Of a stretch of DNA of 64,000 bases, positions 37,014-49,784 are shown piece by piece. Position numbers and translations under genes: made by a program. Below the pieces are notes generated by a model. It saw only the letters and a list, made by a program, of their open reading frames with translations. It did no database searches and was not told the origin of the DNA. Each line of letters opens with the position of its first letter. The stretch's first letter is position 1. Location: contig JASVEC010000018.1 of NCBI GenBank assembly GCA_030770535.1, forward strand, positions 744,001-808,000, in the 5' to 3' direction. The stretch comes from Batkoa obscura. Its lineage: Eukaryota.

Positions 37014-37725
37014 TTAATCATCTTGAACAACGGTGGTCTAAAAATAATAAGTAACATAATTTTGCTAAATGAAATAAATTACCTTTCCGGAAATATAGAT
37101 ACCATCAAGGAATTTACGGATATCTTTGTTTCTGGCAAGAGTAGATTGTTGGAATGAAGCGGCGGTTTGGGAAACATCATTGATATCATTACCGAAGATA
37201 ATAAGTTCATCTTTAACATCTTTAGAATGTTCAATGGTAACACCTTCCTTGATTACAACGGAACGGTTTCTTTTTTCTCCTAAGTAGTTACGAATTTCAG
37301 CCTTTTTTCCATCGTCAGCAATGGTTACATTGATAGGGAAATGGGAGTATACGAAACGTAATTTATAAAGGAAACCCTAAATCAAAATTAGTAATGATAT
37401 GAATTATAACATGGATACTTACTTTGGTAACACCCTTGATCATGTTTTTGATTGAAGAAGAAATAGTACCGATGCAAGCTAAATGCTTACGGCCGGCGTG
37501 CCATACGATAACCTTAATCTTATTTTTTCCAGCACGTTGAAGTTCTAATTGAATGTGCTTGTAATCTCTGCTAAGGGTTCCTCGGGGTCCAGTTACCTTG
37601 ACAATACGAGATTTGGCGTGAACAGTCACTATTTTTGTTTTTAATATTGCTTTTTTAATTGTAAAATCTAAATTCTAACCTCCTTCTGGGATGGTAATGA
37701 TTTCCTCTGAGTAGATATCTTTCAT
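37014..37725 (-). CDS. RPL9: 60S ribosomal protein L9 (uL6), 4 coding exons: 37725-37680, 37628-37423, 37376-37083, 37037-37014
   Basis: [53 protein letters not shown]. Confidence 0.97.
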
Positions 37726-37734
37726 TTTTAACCA

Positions 37735-37915
37735 CTAATTTGTTCATGTCAATATATTTCATCTAATCTTATATGATGTTCGATTCGGTTGTAAAATTTT
37801 GCCATCTCTTATATTTATTATTCTTATATTTAAGGTTGATATATAGAGATGGATGTATTTTGTTGCATAAAGAAACTCACCTCACAAGTTTACGATAGTT
37901 GGTAAAAGAGAAGGC
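37735..37915 (-). promoter_or_regulatory. Putative RPL9 5' leader: pyrimidine-rich start, short non-coding exon, 5'UTR intron 37880-37735
   Basis: Minus strand CCTTCTCTTTTACC...GTGAG|GTGAGT...AATTAG|TGGTTAAAAATG. Confidence 0.6.
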
Positions 37916-39310
37916 TTGCCTATAAATTCTTTGAATACATTTGTTCTGAAATAAAAATGGGCAAATTTGATTGAATTTTGCTAATTTTTCGAATTTCAGT
38001 AAAGTAGACATTTTATTAAGTAAATATTGATTAAAAATTTTAGTTATGTATATTATATTATACATTGATGAAATCGCTATAGTGAAATAAAAATATTAGA
38101 TTTACAAACGTTTCGTTATAGGATATAATTAAAACTATTAAATTTTTTGAGTTATTTGCTTGTACTGGTTAAACTTTCAAATAACGTTTAAAATCCAAAT
38201 ATAATTTAAACAATTATATATAATATTATTTACAATTTTCCTCTAACTTAGTTTTCAGTAGTTTGTAATAGACGAATTTCGGTTCAGATATTGAGTTGTA
38301 TATTTATAAAGATCCATAGTTATATAACTACTAAAGCATCGGGTTTCTCGCTAAAACTATTATACGATTAGTTCCAAAACCTTTGACAGATGTAATAAAT
38401 TAACACTGATAGATTTGGAAAGGATATGTAATTAAAAACGTTAGTTTTTTATTTCTATAAATATTGATTTTTATAATGCTTGTATAGTTAGATGCGTTAG
38501 AGTGAATAAATGTTATCTTTTGTTGACTCTTTACTTCCATGTTGATAGTATTTAAATAATTAATATAAAAATCTATATAGTTGGATTTTTTTTAATATTT
38601 TGTATTAATAATACTATTGACTTTACAAAATAAATACTCATTTAAATAATTGATAGTAATTATATATATACTTTTTATTAAATTTTAAACAATAAATATT
38701 AAACATCATATCATAGTCTTATCTAACTTTAACTATATAGTGATTAAAATCAGTGTAAACCAGAAATATCTTCATAAAAAATTATAATTTCTTAATTATA
38801 ATTTCCATAACAAGTTGACAATAAAGCTTTAAATAGTTTAGATGAGCCGTCATCACATTAATATCTCAATAGCAATACAGCTAAAGATAAAAGTGATTTT
38901 ATGTTATTTTTTTCCAATTTTTTATAAAACAGAATATTATAAAAATTCGAAAAATATATACGTAGTAGATTAAGAGTATAACATTTTAAAGAAAAATACA
39001 ATTTTTACTAGTAGATTTTCAAAAAATTAAAGTCTAATTTATAAGGAATGACCATAACTGATTCAATGGCATACTTTCAAGATTTTTAATTTATTGAATT
39101 CTCAATTATCTTTGATTGTTTTAAATAATGTTACACTCTTAATATATCACATATATATTCTTCTAATTTTTTTCAGAACAAAATAATATAAAGTAAAAAA
39201 ATTGGAAACACACCATAAAACTATTTTGTTCATATAGTAATATTTTAAATTTAAGAATAAATACATTACCTATAGGAATTAAAAATTTTATGTATATTTT
39301 TTAATATTAT

Positions 39311-39408
39311 GGGGATGTATTTTTTTGTTTAAGAATTTTACTATAATCTTTCCACTCAAATAGCGCTTAAAAAATGGAAGAATAATCAAACCAAAAAAAA
39401 ACAGCCCC
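39311..39408 (+). mobile_element. MITE family A copy
   Basis: GGGGATGTATTTTT...AAAAACAGCCCC, 98 bp, perfect duplication TTAT/TTAT. Confidence 0.9.
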
Positions 39409-39805
39409 TTATTATAAATTCAAAATTAATCAAATTCTTAGTATTACTTAAATATAATATATTTAGGATCTTAAAACTCCCACGCGATACCGATAAGATG
39501 TTCCATATTAACAGTGTAGTAAATAAAATTTTACTATACTATGTTATATTTTTTTAATAAATTAGACACTGCTATGACTTTAAAAAATTACTAATTAGGA
39601 TAATGTCTATTATAAATAGTCACTCTAAACAGCTGATACCAACATTCGACAATACTAGTTAATATCTTAATGTTATAAAATGAGGTGCTAAGATATTTAT
39701 TAATACGGATTAATGAACAAATTAATGATTCTTAGTTTCTATATTAAAATGGATATAAAAACACACTTAAAGTTATGATGGTTATTATTTTATTTTATTA
39801 ATATA

Positions 39806-40918
39806 ATGAGATTACTACCTATAAGCATAATTTTATTTACCACCGCCGTCCTCCCTTTTGGTGGTTACAAACACAATTCAAAAGCCCAGGAGGCTACTAA
39901 GCATGTTAATGTCACAGAGCAGTTTGATAATCCTTATTTCCAGCAAATGGTAAGAGACTTTCCAACCATAATTAAAATATCTGAAGAGGATAAATCCACA
40001 TTACCTAATGATATTAGCATAATGAAAAAAGTTAGAAACCTGATTTTGAATAAACGATCGATGAGTAAAGCAATGAATGAAGAGGATGTCCGGTATTATC
40101 AACGATATGCAGGGGCCGCTTATTGCGAACCAAAATCGATTTCTCAATGGAGTTGTGGACATTGTAAAAAGATCGGAGCCAAAGAAGACTTAGAAATGTT
40201 TAGCTTATTTTACAATGAAGAAAAAAACAACCAAGGGTATATGTTGGTCAATAATAAAATCAAAAAGATCATTATTACATTTCGAGGTACCGTGGAGTCT
40301 TCATTTACCAATTGGTTAACCAATATCGATGTTATTAGTTTAGTTAAACCAACTGGTTTGAGTGCTAATATTGATAGACCAGGGGTTTTAGTTCATCCTG
40401 GATTTAATAAAGCTAAAGAAAGAATGGCTAAATTTTATAATCCAACAGTTAAAGAGATGTATGATAAATACAAATACGATATTATTGTTACTGGGCATTC
40501 TTTGGGAGGGGCTATTGCCAGTTTGGTTGCTGCTGATCTTTTGAATAGTGGTATACCAAAAGACAAAATTAATTTAATCACTTATTGTCAACCAAGGGTT
40601 GGAAACAAAAAATTTGCTGAGTGGATGAATACAAACATCCATTCATCTACTAGAGTTACTCACGAAGGTGATCCAGTTTCTCTACTTCCACCCAAGAAAT
40701 ATTGTTCACTTAAGAAAGATGGTTGGTGCGCCCATCAATCTACTGAAGTTTATGTTAGTAAGGAGGGAAAAATAAAGATATGCACTGCAGGGCTATATGA
40801 AGATAAAGAGTGTACTTATTCCGGTGGTAAGGGCATGTCAGTCTCAGAAGCGGTAGCTGCTCACTCCAAGTTGCTGGGAATTAAATTTGGAGGAGGATGT
40901 AAAGAAGGAGAAGAATAA
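39806..40918 (+). CDS. Secreted class-3 lipase (Rhizomucor-type), intronless
   Basis: Signal peptide; KR pro-peptide site; YAGAAYC; FRGT; VHPGF; TGHSLGGA; YCQPRVGN (Cys at the usual Gly); HEGDPV; C-terminal His. Confidence 0.93.
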   Translation: MRLLPISIILFTTAVLPFGGYKHNSKAQEATKHVNVTEQFDNPYFQQMVRDFPTIIKISEEDKSTLPNDISIMKKVRNLILNKRSMSKAMNEEDVRYYQRYAGAAYCEPKSISQWSCGHCKKIGAKEDLEMFSLFYNEEKNNQGYMLVNNKIKKIIITFRGTVESSFTNWLTNIDVISLVKPTGLSANIDRPGVLVHPGFNKAKERMAKFYNPTVKEMYDKYKYDIIVTGHSLGGAIASLVAADLLNSGIPKDKINLITYCQPRVGNKKFAEWMNTNIHSSTRVTHEGDPVSLLPPKKYCSLKKDGWCAHQSTEVYVSKEGKIKICTAGLYEDKECTYSGGKGMSVSEAVAAHSKLLGIKFGGGCKEGEE

Positions 40919-41473
40919 AAGATTTTAAAAATGTGGTTGATAAATGCTTAGTTTTAGAGTTCATAAATTTTACTTTGAAGTAAACCGCTTATAAAGCCTT
41001 TGCGTTATATAAATAATACTAATCGAAATGAACTCTGACATAAAGCCAAAAATTCTCGACTAAAAATTATGGGGAATAGTTTCTGTATTAAAATACTATC
41101 ATGAAATAGATTTTATTAAAATTAAATTTATTACAAATTTTCTTAAACTACTTTCTACAAAAGTGGGATAGGGTTTAGTGTAACATTTATAAAATGTGTT
41201 AAAGTGTAAATCTAGAGTGAGGTCAATTCACGATAGAAATATATGAGTAGCTTGTTAAATAGACCATTTATATAAATTCGGTAGACTTAATTTAACACAA
41301 AAATCCTAAAAATTATTATTGATTGATAGCTTTTTTATATACTTTTACAATTTATGATGTTCATTCATTTTAATCTAATTTAGTTAACATTTGTATAATT
41401 TCATAATGAAGTCATTTCATGATCAGTTTTTATTTGAATTTTTGTTTCTTTGAACTCTCATTTATTTTTGAAA

Positions 41474-42891
41474 ATGGGGATGCAAGATAGTAAACTTCAA
41501 GGCAGTCAGCAAGGACTCAATTATAGTGGTATAAAATCTGAGTATATTCAAGAAATACAAGCTTTGTGTAAAAAGTATAAAGGAAACGAGGAAGTAATGA
41601 GTAATATTTCAAACTACTAAAGTATAAAATAACACGATTTCTAGGAGCTATTTCAGCTAATAAACCAAGAATCCTTCAAACAAAAGATGAAACAATTTTA
41701 TAACAGATATGTAAACAACCAATCATCAGATTTTCAGAAGTTCGTTGTATATTGTATTAAAGAGGATAACCAAGAGCTATTGAATCTTTTATTGACAAGT
41801 TATTCAAGTATCTCTGAGCTGCTTGATGACTTTTTGCTTTTTTATTTGAGCCAGTGGTCCAACTCAGAAATTACAAAAAACGAATACTTTAATAATTTGA
41901 AGGATTTTATTTTAAAAGCTGACCAAAAAAAGGAGGAGATTTGGGATGAGATAGAAAGTGAAGTGGGGGAAGATGAAGTTGAGATGATTGAAAAAGAAGC
42001 GGATAGTAAAATCAAAAAGGAACGAATTGAAGAATACTATATAAAAAACATCAAATTAAAAAGAGTCATCCTTGGCAGCTTTTATTTTTTATTCTTCAAA
42101 CATGATAATAGGGATATTAACTTGAAATTTCCAAATATTAAAAATAATATATTAGATGTCAGTTTAATTTATTTTTTTAATCAAAAGGTTGGTAATAGTG
42201 GTAATAAAGAAGAATGGAAAATAAAGTATGACAGTAAAAAAGATGGTAAAAGTTGGAATCGATTTAAAAAAGAGTTGGTTGAGTGTGAGCAGAGTATCAT
42301 CATTATCTACGAAAAAAAAAGCAATTATTGTTTTGGAGGATTCACGGATAATTCATGGAAAAAAGATGGTCATTTTAGTGGAACTGGGAATGAAGCTTTG
42401 TTCTCGATTATTCCAAAATTAGGATGGTATTCAACCACAAATTATAATAAGAATTTCAAATACTTCATGGATCAAAGTCAGACTTTAGTCAATGGTATGT
42501 TGAGTTATATCAACAAATTTAATATTTCTAATAATTAATTTAACTAGGTTTAGGATTCGGGGGACAATTAAATTATTTCGGATTATTTCTTGAAACAAAC
42601 TTTAACAATGGACACTCAAAAGCACATCCGAATTGTTCCACTTTTAATAGCCCACAATTAAGTAAGAATGAAGAATTTGAAATTGAGCATGTACAAAGTA
42701 ATATCAAATTTTATTTATTTATCAAATGCTTACATATTTTAGTACTATGCCTCAAACAAATCGAAAATGAAGAGGGGGGCTCAAATCAAAAATCGATATT
42801 AGATAATAATGAAGCTGCTGCATTTTTAGAAATGGCTAATCATAAGATATATTCAAAAGATTTGAGGGAAGAAAAATTGGATATTGAATAA
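41474..42891 (+). CDS. TLDc-domain protein (Rtc5/MEAK7-like), multi-exon
   Basis: Myristoylation-type start MGMQDSK; YDSKKDGKSWNRF; FGGF; GLGFGGQLNYFGLFL; CSTFNSPQLS; AAFLEMANHKIYS. Confidence 0.85.
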
Positions 42892-42898
42892 AAGCAAA

Positions 42899-44648
42899 CT
42901 ATTTATTTTTATCTAATATATTTTTAATATTATTTGAAAATTGATGAGAGTTTAAAGTAATATCATTAAAATGCTTATTTACGCTTTCAGTAATAAGCGT
43001 AGAATCCAGGTCTGCAGTGAATCTAGCTATGGAAGTTAAATAAGACAAGCCTTGAGAGTTACCAAAATTAAGGTATAGGTGGTCGTCTAGTATTAAATTA
43101 TTGTTTGGATTGTTTGAGTTATCTAAATAACTAAGGTAGCTTTGTTTTTCATTAGTGTTATTATTGTCATTCTGTTTTTGAATAAAATAATTATATCGCA
43201 TACTACCATCACTTAAATAATTTGATCTGATGTGGTTGTTTAGATTCTTTTTATGTTTCTTATATCTTTTTGTAGTAGGTGCACTTTGAGTATTCTCTTG
43301 GTAATTACTCTCTTGATTACTCATAGTAGTAGTATTTACATTATTATTACTATTATCATTATCGTTATCATACTGTAAATTATTTTCCACATCCAACATC
43401 TCACTTTTACCTATAAAACTAGTGTTAGGTAAAATATAAGCTTTTTCTTTATCTGCTAGATTTGAAGCAAAGCTCAATATCTTCTCGGCCATTTTATAAA
43501 AGATGGTATCTTTTTGATTGTAAATCATTGCATTATTACAAATTAACTCAATATCCTTTAAAAAAGCCTCCAAAGTTAAATAGTTCCCACTTTTTAATTT
43601 CCTTTTCATTAATTGGAAATTCATTGGTTTTTTAATAACTATGTAGTAATCTGGTACTTCTTTTGCATTTACAGGCTCATAAAATATTCCATAGCTATCC
43701 TTTCTAATAATATCATTAAGCATTTTTGTTAATACACTATTTAATTCTTTAGGCTGGCGCTGGTTATTATTAGTTTTGTTACTACTTTTACCACTCTTTT
43801 TACTTTTCTTACTTTTGTTTTTATTGTTAGTTACATTGGTAACGCCATTATTTGCCTCATTCTCTATAAAATAAAATGAATAAACTAATATTAATAAAAA
43901 CAATATTACCTTTTTCATTTAATAGTGAGGTCAAATTTGAATCGTTATTGATCAAGTCTTCGTTTTCAACATCTAATTCTGAATCCGAGTTTATTTCTTC
44001 TTCTTTCACTTCCTTGTTACTATTATTATTATTATTATTGTTCGCTGGTAGCCTCAAAATGATTTTAGGTACAGAAGTTCGTTTTCTAGTGACAGTGGGT
44101 GAAGAAGGCAAACTCGATAAAGCAGAGTCCAACTCACTGCCTTGTTCTGAACTTACATTTTTTTCCTGCTGTTTGATTTCATAATTTGAAATTGGAGATG
44201 AGGACCTCAAACTTGAAGCTATTGAATAAATGGGTGATGAATTTATTCCAGTTCCAGCTTCATTAGTAGAGCTGTAAATTGGGGACGAACTTTTTTCTAA
44301 TACTAGTCTTGAATTATTATATGACTCCTTCATTTCTGACTTCAGTCTTAGTGGTTCATGTTCGCTTAGTGGAGAAGAATAGTCTTCTCTTCTTTCTTCG
44401 TTTTCGTTTTCGTCTTCATTATCTGAATCAACATTTAAATTCGATTCTTTTACATTTCTTTCTGTTCTGCTTTTACTTCTGGCATCAATGCTAGCATAAT
44501 TGCTATTGTTATTGTTTTTTTTCGTAGTATTACTATTTCCTAATTTTAAAAAAATCTTCAATTTATTTTGACTATTATTATCTAAACAAAAGATTAATAT
44601 AAATTTTATAATCAAATTTTAATTACTTTTTTCTTTATTGTGATCCAT
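42899..44648 (-). CDS. Bromodomain protein (BRD7/BRD9-like), 3 exons
   Basis: DSYGIFYEPV..VPDYYIVIKKPMNF..CNNAMIYNQKDTIFYK; downstream SYLTSIARF; joins track ORFs 43857..44615 and 42899..43918 via short introns. Confidence 0.82.
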
Positions 44649-44855
44649 TTTGCTTCCCAAGGATTTAAAAAAGCTGCTAACTTGAACTTGGTTTTATCCA
44701 AAATAAGTTTTTTGAAAGAAAAAGTTGGTTTATTTACTGCAAAATTATTTAGGGACTTTCAATTTTCATACTAAAATTAAATTTATTTAATAAAAGAAGA
44801 CCCAAAAAGGCAGATTGTAAGCCCAGACAAACGCATTTTAACACATAACTATACT

Positions 44856-45113
44856 ATGGAAAACCCACATCATCAACAACAAGCACGGTTGTTAGACCGT
44901 ATACAAGGTAATATAAGGAAGATCAATGAGATGATCTTAGAGATCAATGACATCCTTATTCAAATCAATGATGACCAGTCCGACTTAGGAGTGATTTCTA
45001 ATTATTGGGAGTCCTATTGTACTGCTACCAAGTCAGACTTGAATAACTATAACTTAGTAAAAAGAGATTTATTCAATTGGAATGTAGAAAAAATTATAAA
45101 CGAAGACTATTGA
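44856..45113 (+). CDS. DAD4: DASH/Dam1 complex subunit Dad4
   Basis: MENPHHQQQARLLDRIQGNIRKINEMILEIN..WESY signature. Confidence 0.9.
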   Translation: MENPHHQQQARLLDRIQGNIRKINEMILEINDILIQINDDQSDLGVISNYWESYCTATKSDLNNYNLVKRDLFNWNVEKIINEDY

Positions 45114-45177
45114 ATTGTGTTTTGAATGAATAAAAATAAAATTAACTTATTTAAATTTAGTTTCTGTTCTATTCTAT

Positions 45178-45643
45178 TTATTTTTTCTTTTCAGAAGCTT
45201 TTTTGGAAGCCATCGTTGAGGCCACCGATGGGGCCATCTTTTTGTCACCAATAGTATCCTTGATCGCTTTATTTACCAATCCTTTCATCATGGTTAATCG
45301 ACCCTGAGAATTAGCTTTAGTTGCAAACGCTGTTTCTACTTTGTTATTTACTACACCGGTTAGTTTCTAGATCAAAATAATAATTATGAGTAAAATGATT
45401 GCAGTAACAAAATAAACAAGTTTACTTTGGTGAGCTTTCTTTGCTTAATTAACTGTTGTTTTTTTGGTGGAATTACTTTTGCTAAATTAAATGTATAGAG
45501 TTAATAAACTATATAAAAATATCGTTGTCATTATTGCGTTGCTCTATACACTTTATTAAATAGTATTTACCTCCTTTTTTAGGCGTAGCTGACACTTTCT
45601 TTTCTTTCTTCTTGATATTCTTAAGTTTGTTTCCTTGAGCCAT
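45178..45643 (-). CDS. Small basic protein, DUF2462/UPF0390 (C19orf53-like), 3 exons
   Basis: Spliced MAQGNKLK..TPKKGAKVIPPKKQQLIKQRKLTKKLTGVVNNKVE..GRLTMMK; not in the ORF track. Confidence 0.8.
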
Positions 45644-45718
45644 TCTAGTTAAATAAAAAGTTTAGAATTTAAAGAGTTTAAATTAGAAAACTTAACTTTT
45701 TATTTATTCTTTTTAAAA

Positions 45719-47045
45719 ATGAAGCTGGCCCGAGTATTATTAGCTAAAGATTTATATTCGGTTATGTTAACTCATGCATATACAATAGAAAATGTAAATC
45801 ACTATATTTATAAAACGATATAGCAACTAAACAAAGTAGCAAGAGATCATAGGTTTATTGTTAGGCGATTGGAAAGTAATTAAAGGATATAATTAAAGGA
45901 TATAACAAAAGTAACTCAGCTAAAAATGAATAGAAAATAGAAACAGAAGCAGATGAAGAGGGGTATGAAGCAATAATAACGCATATTTCAGTAGTGGTAC
46001 GTAATGATAAAAGGAAGGATCGAGTTGAAGTAGCACCTGAACAGTTGCATGAAGCGTTTTTAAAAGCAGAAGTAACTAATTAATAGTCTATAAGATATTA
46101 AATAATAACATTACAAAAAGCAAATTGAAAAAGAGAGCAATAAGAAAACTAGAGTGATCGGATGGGTAATTAAATATATAAAAATGAAACAAAAGATGAA
46201 TTAAGAGCGTTTTCCATTTTAGTACCACTCTCACCCTCACATTACTGTGTTTCCTTCTAGTATTGGTAATATAATATTTTATCAATATGAAATAGATTAT
46301 TGAAATTCAATTCAGACTTAAATACGCAAGCCGCACAGCAAGCGTTGGATGATAGGTTCTTTGGGATCATCGTATCTTGTTTCGATATGAGTGAGGATTT
46401 GACTCATAATTGTCAAATCCATTGCTTTCAAACTAAGGTTGAAATGGATAATACGTAAGCTTTATCTTCTATAATTCTATTGTAATCTAATGGTATTAAA
46501 TAGAAAAAGGAGATTAAATATACCGCTTAAAATAATAAAAAAGATCGAGGGATTAGAATTTAAAGAATATAAAGAGTCTTATTTGCAAATCATTCATCAA
46601 TTATACAGTGAAATCAAAATTGAGTTTAAAAAGAAGTTGCAAGTATTATCAAAGTAAGCACTATTGCATTTGCAATGTATCATATTATATTAATATCGAT
46701 TATTAGTAATACAGTGTTGCGTTATTTAAGAGTAGTTGAATTGTGTACACAGCATAATTTGAGTTTATGGTGCTTATTATCAACTTATCTTTATCCTTCT
46801 TTAGATATTTTTAATTATTTAATATTAAACAGTGACAATAATAATAACAATGATTTGGATATGAATCAATTGTTATTAAACAGTGATCCTAAACTAGAGT
46901 CTGTAATAAATTTATTTGAGGTAAGCTACCATTCATTGTATTTTTATATGTATTTATAATTCATGTTTAGTCCGCCTCTATTTCCAAAAATCATAGTAGT
47001 GATAGCAACAGTACTAATAATGAGCAAAAGTTAATTGATATATAA
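45719..47045 (+). CDS. BRCC36-like JAMM/MPN+ deubiquitinase, multi-exon
   Basis: MLTHAYTIENQEIIGLLLG, RNDKRKDRVEVAPEQL, VIGWYHSHPHITVFPSSIDLNTQ, DDRFFGIIVSCF, assembled across short introns. Confidence 0.88.
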
Positions 47046-47082
47046 ATGACTATTTTTATTATAAATAAATGAAATCGTTTTA

Positions 47083-48441
47083 TTATTTTGTAATGATATA
47101 AAGTTTATAAGCCAAGATAGGATGATCTAGAATTGACTTTTCAATGATAGTAGTTAAATCAGAATAAGGTAAAGGATGATCTAGTAAGGATGTGATAGTA
47201 TTGTAATTATTAATATTAATGGAATTATTATTGTTATCTACGGAAGGATATGCTACTTCAAATTCTATTTTTAAACTATGATTTACTATTTGCTTCTCAA
47301 ATTCATTGCTATCTTTAAGATGCGTTTTTCGGATAGGTATTAAGATAATGGCTTTATTTTTTGAACTAGTTAAATGCCTCTTTAACTTATTATTAATATT
47401 TGTTATTGTATCATCATCCTTTGTATTATTTATGGTGTTGTTATCCCCATCATCTATAGCCTCACTGTTATCATTATTATTTAAAAAATAATGAATAACT
47501 TTAGGAAATGAATAAGCATGTCTTAGTTGGTATAAAACATCAGAGGCTAAAATGAAATCAAACTTAAAAGTATCACTGTCGTTATTTATAATATCTTTAG
47601 TTGCAGTAATATTCTTTATACTATCACCATCATTTGTATCTTCGAACCAGTTCCAGTCCAATAACAAACTGGAAGTATTTGATAATTTATTTAATTGTAT
47701 ATTACAATTTAAATTAGATAATACATTTGGATGATAATCGGATAAGTAATGTCGTTCATTTGAATTTGTGATTGCTGAGCTTATTCCAACTAGGCCTGTA
47801 CCAGAGCCCAACTCTAATACTTTGCTATTGAATTTCACTCTATTTTTTATTAATAAACTGATAAACTATTAATGTTTGTTTATATCTGTTTTATATATCG
47901 ATATTACCTTGCTAATAAACTCCCTGCTGGCCACGTTTTCCAGCCCAAATCAGCGTTATCAAAGCTAGGTTCTTTTAATTGAATTTGGACTTGATTCAAT
48001 AAAAATTTACTGATCCTTTCACCTGAAGCTATATAAACAGTTTAATAAACAGTATAGCGATGAAAGAGAGGTTACCATTTCTCCCAGAAAACAAAGTAAT
48101 GATTTTAGACAAAGAGTCCAACAGTTGATTAATCTCATCTTCCTTTTCTTCTTCCACGTTCCCCTTCATTAGTTGTTGATTCCAATATTTCATACTATTA
48201 ACAAAGAAATTCAACCACATTTTTTTGTTACTGTTTTCTATCTCTAAATATTCATTTGAATCATCGATTATCCCATATCCTTCCTTTTCAATGTAGTTCT
48301 CAAACCTACTAATTACCAGTTTAATATCCTCTACCTTTCGGATCGATAATAGTTCTAATATAAAACTGCTTTCAACGGTTGTACCCTTTGTCTATAATTT
48401 GGTTTAGTTGAGTTTCATCTACTTTCTTATTATATTACCAT
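47083..48441 (-). CDS. Class-I SAM-dependent protein-lysine methyltransferase (family 16, Efm2-like), multi-exon
   Basis: EPSFDNADLGWKTWPAG, VLELGSGTGLVG, DYHPNVLSNL, FILASDVLY; exon 1 is the ATG alone. Confidence 0.85.
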
Positions 48442-49784
48442 TTTAAGTTTTGATTGCTGAAATAAAACTATTCTTTTCTTTAAAACTTGAGTTTATATTT
48501 TGGTTGCTCCACTTGTTCTTAGTCCTTATTTAAATTTGAGTTATTTTCAAGGGAATTTCGCAACTGCTTTGACAAATGAATTGGTTTCAAAGTCAGAACC
48601 TTGGAGATGCTCTTTTAAATATTTGTTTACTTTTTACACTACAAAATTTACAAATATTACTTAGTTAAACTCTTATATAAAAAACACAGGTATAGCTAAC
48701 TACTTACTTTCATATTTTATATTATAAAATTTAATCATATAGCTAAATAAGAATCTAATTGTTATACAAGAACAGCATTTCCGAAAGAAACTACTGCTTT
48801 GATAAACTTTATAATTTTAAAATGTTCCTACTATATTTGAAAACACTTAATTGTAGTTTTAACACTTTAACACTTTCATCGTTGTTTTGACTGTTGCTAA
48901 GTGCGAAAGTTTTATTCTATTTGCTCACTTTTATTCTTAAGGTTAAAAAATTATAGTTAAATTCTCAAAACATGCATATATGTTTAGTTAGTCAAATAGT
49001 TCTAAAGTCTATATCACTTTTTTAAAAACTTGATCTAGCTAGCACTTCATTTACTTTATGGATATGCTTCTACCAATGCTATTTTTCTCCATAAAGATCC
49101 TATCCTAATGCCTAACTTTATTGAATGTTCGATATGACTTCGTTTTTATTTCCGATATTATAATTTTCATAGGTTAAAATCACGTGATTCCATCAGTTCT
49201 TCAACTATTACTTCATATTTATTGCAACCTTGATCTAAAACAGTAATTTCACTTTAAGTAGCCATGTTTGAAAGATAAGCTTTTATAAAAGGAACAAGTG
49301 AAGCTAACTCTATTAAGTAACTTTAATAAGATGGGTTATCTTTTTTAATAAAAGGAAGTGAAAAATCAAGTTCTAATTAATTAATCTTATTAAACGGTTT
49401 AGAACTAGTTGGTTAGCTTTTTAAATAACAAAAAGGGTTATTTTATGGTTTTATACTAAATTTTTCTAAAACTGAGTTGCCTGCCCAAAATTAAAATGAA
49501 TTTCTAATAAATTAAAGTAAACTTTTATCAACCAATAAATAATAATTTCAACAGTAGTGAAAAGCATGGTATTAGAGAATGGTAGTAATTTATATTAGTT
49601 AAATTATACGTTGGAAAAAATAAAACGCTAGTAATTTTCTGAGAATAAAAAAGATAAAAAATGAATTTTAATCTTTTTTTAAAGTTTTTTAAAATTTGGA
49701 GTTGTCTTACCATTAACCTTTTGACCCTTAGTCAATCTTATTATTATTACCTAGTTCTTTTTTTTCAATTTAATTGTTATTATT

